DNA from: a virus
Lineage: Duplodnaviria > Heunggongvirae > Uroviricota > Caudoviricetes
Direction: 5' to 3' (one strand)
IMG/VR virus record: IMGVR_UViG_2574180227_000016
Length of the DNA stretch: 21,365 bases
Below, one piece after another: positions 16,431 through 21,365 of the stretch (positions within the stretch are counted from its first letter, which is position 1; each line of letters begins with the position of its first letter). The notes under the pieces are model-generated. The model was not told the origin of the DNA. It worked only from the letters and a program-made list of their open reading frames with translations, and searched no databases. The position numbers were made by a program, and so were the translations under genes.

Positions 16431-16646
16431 ATGACAATAGAACATAATAACGCCCTTCGCAGCATTGCCCGTCAGGCTAATTCTGAAATCAAAAAAGCCA
16501 GACAGCAGTTTCCGGATAAAAACGTCGATGACATTTGCCGTAGCGTACTGAAGAAGCACCGCGAAACGGTAACGCTGATGGGATTCACACCGACTCACTT
16601 AAGTCTGGCAATCGGTATGTTAAACGGCGTCTTTAAGGAACGGTGA
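16431..16646 (+). CDS. small hypothetical protein (71 aa), exo-xis region
   Basis: MTIEHNNALRSIARQANSEIKKARQQFPDKNVDDICRSVLKKHRETVTLMGF... Start at the internal ATG with GAGG upstream. Confidence 0.5.
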   Translation: MTIEHNNALRSIARQANSEIKKARQQFPDKNVDDICRSVLKKHRETVTLMGFTPTHLSLAIGMLNGVFKER

Positions 16647-16744
16647 ACATGAAAAGCAAAATCATCAGGGAGCTACAGGCTCCTTTTTTATTATTCGCAT
16701 TCACCCTCAAGCGTATTAACCAACAATTCAGGGATTAATGGAAG

Positions 16745-16966
16745 ATGGCAGACCTCATTGATTCAGCATCAGAAATTGAAGAATTACAGCGCAACACAGC
16801 AATAAAAATGCGCCGCCTGAACCACCAGGCTATATCTGCCACTCATTGTTGTGAGTGTGGCGATCCCATAGATGAGCGAAGACGCCTGGCCGTTCAGGGT
16901 TGTCGGACTTGTGCAAGTTGCCAGGAGGATCTGGAGCTTATCAGTAAACAGAGAGGTTCGAAGTGA
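16745..16966 (+). CDS. TraR/DksA-family C4 zinc-finger protein (lambda Orf73-like)
   Basis: 73 aa with two Cys pairs (CCECG and CRTCASC), the DksA/TraR zinc-finger arrangement, at the usual exo-xis location. Confidence 0.6.
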   Translation: MADLIDSASEIEELQRNTAIKMRRLNHQAISATHCCECGDPIDERRRLAVQGCRTCASCQEDLELISKQRGSK

Positions 16967-17748
16967 GCGAAATTAACTATCAGGAACTGCGTGAAAAGGC
17001 AGAGAAAGCAACTAAAGGAAGCTACATCGTAGGGCATACATCTGTTAACCAGCACGGCAATTTAACAGGAGTTTTTGTTTGTCAAAAATGGAAAGGAGAA
17101 CCCGGTGGCGTGATTGCCGAATGTCATGTTAACTGCCTGATTGAATCAGATGCTCAGGCTTATGCAAACGCTGAATTTATAGCAGATGCTAACCCAGCTA
17201 CCGTACTGGCGCTACTGGATGAACGGGAAAGAAACCAGCAATACATCAAACGCCGCGACCAGGAGAACGAGGATATTGCGCTTACGGTTGGGAAGCTGAG
17301 AGTTGAGCTTGAGGAGACAAAATCAAAACTCAACGAGCAGCGTGAGTATTACGAAGGTGTTATCTCGGATGGGAGTAAGCGTATTGCTGAACTGGAGAAA
17401 ATCGCCACTGACTATGCACTGAAATTTCAGAAAGCCCAGGACGCATTAAAGTACGCTGTTTTGCTGCGCAAATCAGGGCAGGAAGCACGGGAAATAAAAC
17501 CAGCCAAAGGCGAAGTTCTTGTCGTTGTATCTGGTTTTACTGGTTGCGGAAAAAGCGCCATCGCCGGGGAAATAGAAATCGCGATGAAGTCTATTGGTGT
17601 ACCGGTTAAGTGGACTAATGGCGATGCGGAAAAGCGCATGACAGGAGCTGACTGGCTGACAGCGATTGAGATGTACAAACCAACAGTGCGCATCGTGGAA
17701 GTTAATGTGCCACGCGCCGCAGGCATTCGCATCAAAGGAGGTGCGTAA
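16963..17748 (+). CDS. ea22: Ea22-like mosaic protein
   Basis: GTG start with GAGAGG RBS, overlapping the upstream stop. Central block LLDERERNQQYIKRRDQENEDIALTVGKLRVELE...NEQREYYEGVISDGSKRIAELE matches the conserved Ea22 core. N- and C-terminal domains differ from lambda. Confidence 0.65.
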   Translation: MSEINYQELREKAEKATKGSYIVGHTSVNQHGNLTGVFVCQKWKGEPGGVIAECHVNCLIESDAQAYANAEFIADANPATVLALLDERERNQQYIKRRDQENEDIALTVGKLRVELEETKSKLNEQREYYEGVISDGSKRIAELEKIATDYALKFQKAQDALKYAVLLRKSGQEAREIKPAKGEVLVVVSGFTGCGKSAIAGEIEIAMKSIGVPVKWTNGDAEKRMTGADWLTAIEMYKPTVRIVEVNVPRAAGIRIKGGA

Positions 17749-17924
17749 TGCGTGTCGCGTTTATCGGTTTATTACCATACCCGACTCGTTTTTGGGCTTC
17801 TGCGCTAATTGCAAAGCCGCATGTACTGATGGCTGACAACATCATCCCGGCACCAAAGCGCCGCCATACCGGTATTGCGGCTGCACGACGCGAAGTAAAG
17901 AAACGCAGGAGAGCAAAACGATGA
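17748..17924 (+). CDS. small basic protein (58 aa)
   Basis: AGGAGG RBS 6 nt upstream; TAATG overlap with the ea22 stop. Manual translation MRVAFIGLLPYPTRFWASALIAKPHVLMADNIIPAPKRRHTGIAAARREVKKRRRAKR. Confidence 0.35.
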   Translation: MRVAFIGLLPYPTRFWASALIAKPHVLMADNIIPAPKRRHTGIAAARREVKKRRRAKR

Positions 17925-18103
17925 AAAACCGTAAGGCAAAAATTCTGTTAGCTCGCAGAAACGGTGTTGGGGTCTGGCGCTGGTTGAGGATTAGTAACAG
18001 ACGAGTGAGGTTGACGGGGTGTTGCGGGGTGATGGGGCACAGCTGTTGCAAAAAGCCCAGCGCGTCACAGAACAGGCGGAAGAAAGGGTACGCAGTAAGA
18101 TGA
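17921..18103 (+). CDS. small basic protein, first of a tandem paralogous pair
   Basis: MKNRKAKILLARRNGVGVWRWLRISNRRVRL... ATGA overlaps on both sides. Confidence 0.35.
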   Translation: MKNRKAKILLARRNGVGVWRWLRISNRRVRLTGCCGVMGHSCCKKPSASQNRRKKGYAVR

Positions 18104-18291
18104 AAAACCGTAAAGCAAAGATGCTTATTTCCCGTGTATACAGACGTTGCTATCCCAGCCAGTGGTTGAGAGTTAGCAATCGCCGTGTGGTGTTGTACTT
18201 ATATTCTGGAATTGCCAGAGAGGGAATCAAAGATAAGCGCAGCGCGGCGCAAAACCGCTGGAAAAAACACTTGCGCACTAAAGGAGCCTGA
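18100..18291 (+). CDS. small basic protein, second of the tandem pair
   Basis: MKNRKAKMLISRVYRRCYPSQWLRVSNRRVVL... shares the start and the WLR-SNRRV-L block with the preceding ORF. Confidence 0.35.
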   Translation: MKNRKAKMLISRVYRRCYPSQWLRVSNRRVVLYLYSGIAREGIKDKRSAAQNRWKKHLRTKGA

Positions 18292-18292
18292 T

Positions 18293-18502
18293 ATGTCTAT
18301 TGCCGCAAGTTACACCATGCATCTCTATTGTGACTGCCGCCAGTGTACGGAAGGTGTATATCCAGTGCCAGACTTCGGTGAGTATATCGGTACGTCATGG
18401 TCTGGTTGTGCAAAAGAGGACCGTAAAGACGGGTGGCGAATAAGCAAAGACAAAACACGTGCTTTTGCGCCAGGGCATAAAGTTTTAAGGATTAACACAT
18501 GA
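18293..18502 (+). CDS. hypothetical Cys-rich small protein (69 aa)
   Basis: AAGGAG RBS. MSIAASYTMHLYCDCRQCTEGVYPVPDFGEY... Confidence 0.45.
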   Translation: MSIAASYTMHLYCDCRQCTEGVYPVPDFGEYIGTSWSGCAKEDRKDGWRISKDKTRAFAPGHKVLRINT

Positions 18503-18918
18503 CCACTATTACCAAAGAACGTATTGAATTGTTCATTAAAAATCCGCTTGAAAACGGGCTTACTCGTGGCGAACAAATGGAACTGGCACGAATTGCACTG
18601 GCATCACTGGAACGCGAACTGATTCGCCACGAGCATGCCAAATGGTCTGACTCCACATTTGGCTGCGTTGGCCCCATTGGTCCACTGAAACACCTCTCAA
18701 AAGAGGCTCTGGAAGCCGCAGCCGAACCAGACGATCTCAGCGAGTGGGCTGATATGCATTTCCTGTTGTGGGATGCACAGCGCCGTTCTGGCATCAGCGA
18801 TGCTGAAATTACCGCTGCTATGGAAGATAAATTGAAGATCAACATGGAGCGCCAGTGGCCTGAACCAAAAGATGGTGAGCCTCGCTTGCACATTAAAGAA
18901 CCGGCAACTCTCCGGTAA
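18499..18918 (+). CDS. DUF550-like / MazG-like nucleotide pyrophosphohydrolase-type protein (tentative)
   Basis: 139 aa. The acidic helix KEALEAAAEPDDLSEWADMHFLLWD resembles the MazG-type E/D metal-binding motif. ATGA overlap upstream. Confidence 0.4.
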   Translation: MTTITKERIELFIKNPLENGLTRGEQMELARIALASLERELIRHEHAKWSDSTFGCVGPIGPLKHLSKEALEAAAEPDDLSEWADMHFLLWDAQRRSGISDAEITAAMEDKLKINMERQWPEPKDGEPRLHIKEPATLR

Positions 18919-18971
18919 TTCCGGATGGTTTATCCACGGTACGAGCTGAGGCTTATCAGGTTGTAGGAGTT

Positions 18972-19307
18972 ATGGCAGATGCGCTTGGTGTATTCGGTGA
19001 TGCAGCAGTACAGAAAGTTCTGGATAACCTGTCACAGCAAAAACTTGTTCACAGAGATGTGCTGCCGTTCTCGCTTCCGGTAACTCCGGATGGTTGGATA
19101 AGCTGTAGTGAGCGAATGCCGAACGATAAACAGTATGTTTGGTGTTGGGGTAAGTCTTACGGCTGGACTGAGTGCGATACCTTCGAAGGGTATTACGATT
19201 GTTCGAGAAACAAATGGTGGGCAGTTACTGACAATGGGGAAGAACCGGCATCGAAAGTAACCCACTGGATGCCGCTGCCAGAACCGCCGCAGGAGGTGAA
19301 TCAATGA
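18972..19307 (+). CDS. DUF551-like protein
   Basis: 111 aa with the GWISCSERMPND...THWMPLPEPP pattern typical of DUF551 prophage proteins. GGAG RBS. Confidence 0.5.
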   Translation: MADALGVFGDAAVQKVLDNLSQQKLVHRDVLPFSLPVTPDGWISCSERMPNDKQYVWCWGKSYGWTECDTFEGYYDCSRNKWWAVTDNGEEPASKVTHWMPLPEPPQEVNQ

Positions 19308-19391
19308 GCTGGCCTGATGCAATCGTAACTCTGGGGATGGTATTCGCAGTAGCGTTTGTTGTGTACTCGATTTGTCGATGGGGATAACCAC

Positions 19392-19634
19392 ATGTTCGCT
19401 TTGATTCAACGCGGGCAGATATACACCGATAGTGCTGGCTACCCGATAAAAATTGTTCGCTGCATAAACAACACTGTGTTGTACAGAAGAATGGATGGGC
19501 GAACACAGTCAGTAAAAATAAACGATTTCAATGAACTGTTTGAACGGATTGATCACCAAGAATACCGACAAATTCTGGCAGAAACAGAGCAGGAAGCTCA
19601 TCTGAAAAAATTACGGGCCATGAAAAGGAAGTAA
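19392..19634 (+). CDS. hypothetical protein (80 aa)
   Basis: Start at the internal ATG. MFALIQRGQIYTDSAGYPIKIVRCINNTVLYRRMDGRTQSVKINDFNELFERIDHQEYRQILAETEQEAHLKKLRAMKRK. Confidence 0.45.
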   Translation: MFALIQRGQIYTDSAGYPIKIVRCINNTVLYRRMDGRTQSVKINDFNELFERIDHQEYRQILAETEQEAHLKKLRAMKRK

Positions 19635-19637
19635 ACA

Positions 19638-19772
19638 ATGAATAAAGCATTTGAACGATGGGTCCACCAGCGTTACAGCAATCGCTATGATCTGACGCGA
19701 GATGTTGACGGTTTCTACTGTCGTGAAGTTGTGAAGCGAATGTTTGACGTGTGGTGCCACTGCCGTGGATGA
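19638..19772 (+). CDS. small hypothetical protein (44 aa)
   Basis: AAGGAAG RBS. MNKAFERWVHQRYSNRYDLTRDVDGFYCREVVKRMFDVWCHCRG. Under the ORF-track cut-off. Confidence 0.3.
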   Translation: MNKAFERWVHQRYSNRYDLTRDVDGFYCREVVKRMFDVWCHCRG

Positions 19773-19790
19773 AAATTTTATGAGGTTGGC

Positions 19791-20045
19791 ATGCAGACAA
19801 TCATCTATCAGATAACCCCCAGCAAATGGTGTACGGAGAGAGTCCTCATTGCATCAACAGGGCTAAAGCCTGGCACCATTGAGCGGGCAAGAAGAAAGTC
19901 ATGGATGCAGGGAAAAGAATACCGCCATTACGCTGTAGAAGTTGATCCGGGGCACTACAGTGAATGCCTGTACAACATCGAAGAAATTATGCGATGGATC
20001 GAAAACCAGAAACAACCAGGTGCCAAAAATGCAAGTTCCGGTTAA
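19791..20045 (+). CDS. putative excisionase / recombination directionality factor
   Basis: 84-aa basic protein immediately upstream of the integrase, with GAGG 5 nt before the ATG. Assignment rests on position and size only. Confidence 0.45.
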   Translation: MQTIIYQITPSKWCTERVLIASTGLKPGTIERARRKSWMQGKEYRHYAVEVDPGHYSECLYNIEEIMRWIENQKQPGAKNASSG

Positions 20046-20078
20046 CCTGTTAATGCTCCTGGACGTCTGGGAGGTTTA

Positions 20079-21365
20079 ATGAGTAACGCATCATACCCGA
20101 CAGGCGTTGAAAACCATGGAGGATCACTCCGTATATGGTTTCACTATAATGGCAAACGTGTCAGAGAAAACCTCGGTGTTCCTGACACAGCCAAAAACCG
20201 GAAGATCGCTGGTGAACTTCGCACTTCCGTTTGTTTTGCAATCAGAATGGGGAGTTTCGACTACGCCGCGCAGTTCCCTAATTCCCCTAACCTGAAACAC
20301 TTTGGTCTGGGAAAAAGAGAGATAACCGTTAAGGCACTTTCGGAAAAATGGTTGGACCTTAAGAAAATTGAGATTTGTGCGAATGCACTTAACCGTTACC
20401 AGTCAGTAATTAAAAACATGTTACCAATGTTAGGTGAAAAAAAACTGGTTTCATCCATAACAAAAGAGGATTTACTTTTCGTAAGGAGAGATTTGTTGAC
20501 CGGTTACCAAAAGCTTTCTAATGGAAAGACTTCTTCCATAAAAGGGCGCTCAGTGGTCACGGTAAACTACTATATGACAACCATAGCTGGAATGTTTCAA
20601 TTTGCAACAGATAATGGTTATACCTCAGGAAACCCATTTAACGGTCTGGCTCCCTTAAAAAAGTCCAAGGTAAAACCAGATCCTCTCACCCGTGACGAAT
20701 TTATTCGTTTTATTGAGGCTTGCCGTCATCAACAAACAAAAAACCTGTGGATTCTCGCTGTATACACGGGTATTCGTCACGGGGAGTTGGTATCGCTGGC
20801 ATGGGAAGATATAGACCTTAAAGCAAGGACTATAACCATCCGTAGAAATTATACAAAACTTGGCGAATTCACTCCACCAAAAACCGATGCAGGCACCGGA
20901 AGGACAATTCATCTGGTTCAACCAGCTATTGATGCTCTTAAAAGCCAGGCGGAAATGACCATGCTTGGAAAGCAACATTCTGTAGAGGTGAAGCAGAGGG
21001 AATATGGGAGAACTGCTGTGCATAAATGCACTTTTGTTTTTAGTCCTCAGGTAACAAAACAGCAGCAGTTGTCCGGACCTCACTACAAGGTTGACTCCAT
21101 CAGGGAGTCATGGACAAGTATCTTAAAACGCGCAGGTCTGAGACACAGAAAATCGTACCAATCCAGGCATACTTATGCATGCTGGTCACTTGCCGCAGGA
21201 GCTAATCCTAGTTTTATCGCAAGCCAGATGGGCCACACAAACACACAAATGGTATTCAATGTTTACGGAGCATGGATGAAAGACAACAATCACGAACAGA
21301 TAGAACTCCTTAACAAAAGACTATCTGAAAGTGTCCCATGTATGCCCCATAAGAAAGCTGGGTAA
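20079..21365 (+). CDS. int: tyrosine site-specific integrase
   Basis: 428 aa. C-terminal catalytic region contains the R...HxxR...Y tyrosine-recombinase signature (GIRHGELVSLAWEDID; SRHTYACWSLAAG; VYGAWM). Stop is at the last base of the window, so the att site lies beyond it. Confidence 0.9.
   Translation: MSNASYPTGVENHGGSLRIWFHYNGKRVRENLGVPDTAKNRKIAGELRTSVCFAIRMGSFDYAAQFPNSPNLKHFGLGKREITVKALSEKWLDLKKIEICANALNRYQSVIKNMLPMLGEKKLVSSITKEDLLFVRRDLLTGYQKLSNGKTSSIKGRSVVTVNYYMTTIAGMFQFATDNGYTSGNPFNGLAPLKKSKVKPDPLTRDEFIRFIEACRHQQTKNLWILAVYTGIRHGELVSLAWEDIDLKARTITIRRNYTKLGEFTPPKTDAGTGRTIHLVQPAIDALKSQAEMTMLGKQHSVEVKQREYGRTAVHKCTFVFSPQVTKQQQLSGPHYKVDSIRESWTSILKRAGLRHRKSYQSRHTYACWSLAAGANPSFIASQMGHTNTQMVFNVYGAWMKDNNHEQIELLNKRLSESVPCMPHKKAG

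Noticed and set aside
16395-19800. ORFs 16395-16598 (-), 17427-17735 (-), 17842-18051 (-), 18019-18291 5' extension, 18325-18576 (-), 18492-18893 (-), 18697-18891 (-), 19032-19409 (-), 19225-19506 (-), 19528-19800 (-)
   Set aside because: Antisense or frame-shifted overlaps of the + strand chain of coupled exo-xis genes.
20107-21083. ORFs 20107-20295 (+) and 20655-21083 (-) inside the integrase
   Set aside because: Overlap the integrase, which has the tyrosine-recombinase catalytic signature.
1-21365. CRISPR array, rRNA, or transposase/IS element
   Set aside because: No regularly spaced direct repeats, no rRNA-like conserved blocks, and no transposase-like ORF or terminal inverted repeats were seen. 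The only mobile-element machinery is the phage integrase and putative excisionase.

Overview
This window is the early/regulatory half of a mosaic lambdoid prophage, called by reading the six-frame translations and the DNA by eye; no database search or RNA folding was run. From right to left it contains: an integrase and putative excisionase (right edge, + strand); a long exo-xis accessory region of small coupled ORFs (Ea22-like, TraR-like zinc finger, DUF550/DUF551-like, a TGT/DpdA-like protein); lambda-type exo, bet, gam, kil and cIII; an N antiterminator with a nutL boxB hairpin; an OL/PL region; and a CI-type repressor followed by three co-transcribed cargo genes. Divergent from cI on the - strand are cro, a nutR boxB, a cII-like gene, lambda-like O (with internal iteron origin) and P, ren, a nin region (Lar-like, NinB, Dam-family methyltransferase, NinE, two antirepressor-like genes, NinG) and a Q antiterminator. 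Left of Q the late operon begins with a terminator, a degenerate tRNA-like sequence, a TerB-like gene and the 5' end of a DUF1737/NanS-p-like esterase gene that runs off the window. The most interesting candidates for an undescribed system are the three-gene cassette riding on the repressor transcript (10152-11615), the TGT/DpdA-like gene in the exo-xis region, the unknown AT-rich gene between N and cIII, and the TerB-like cargo at the position where Stx phages carry stx.
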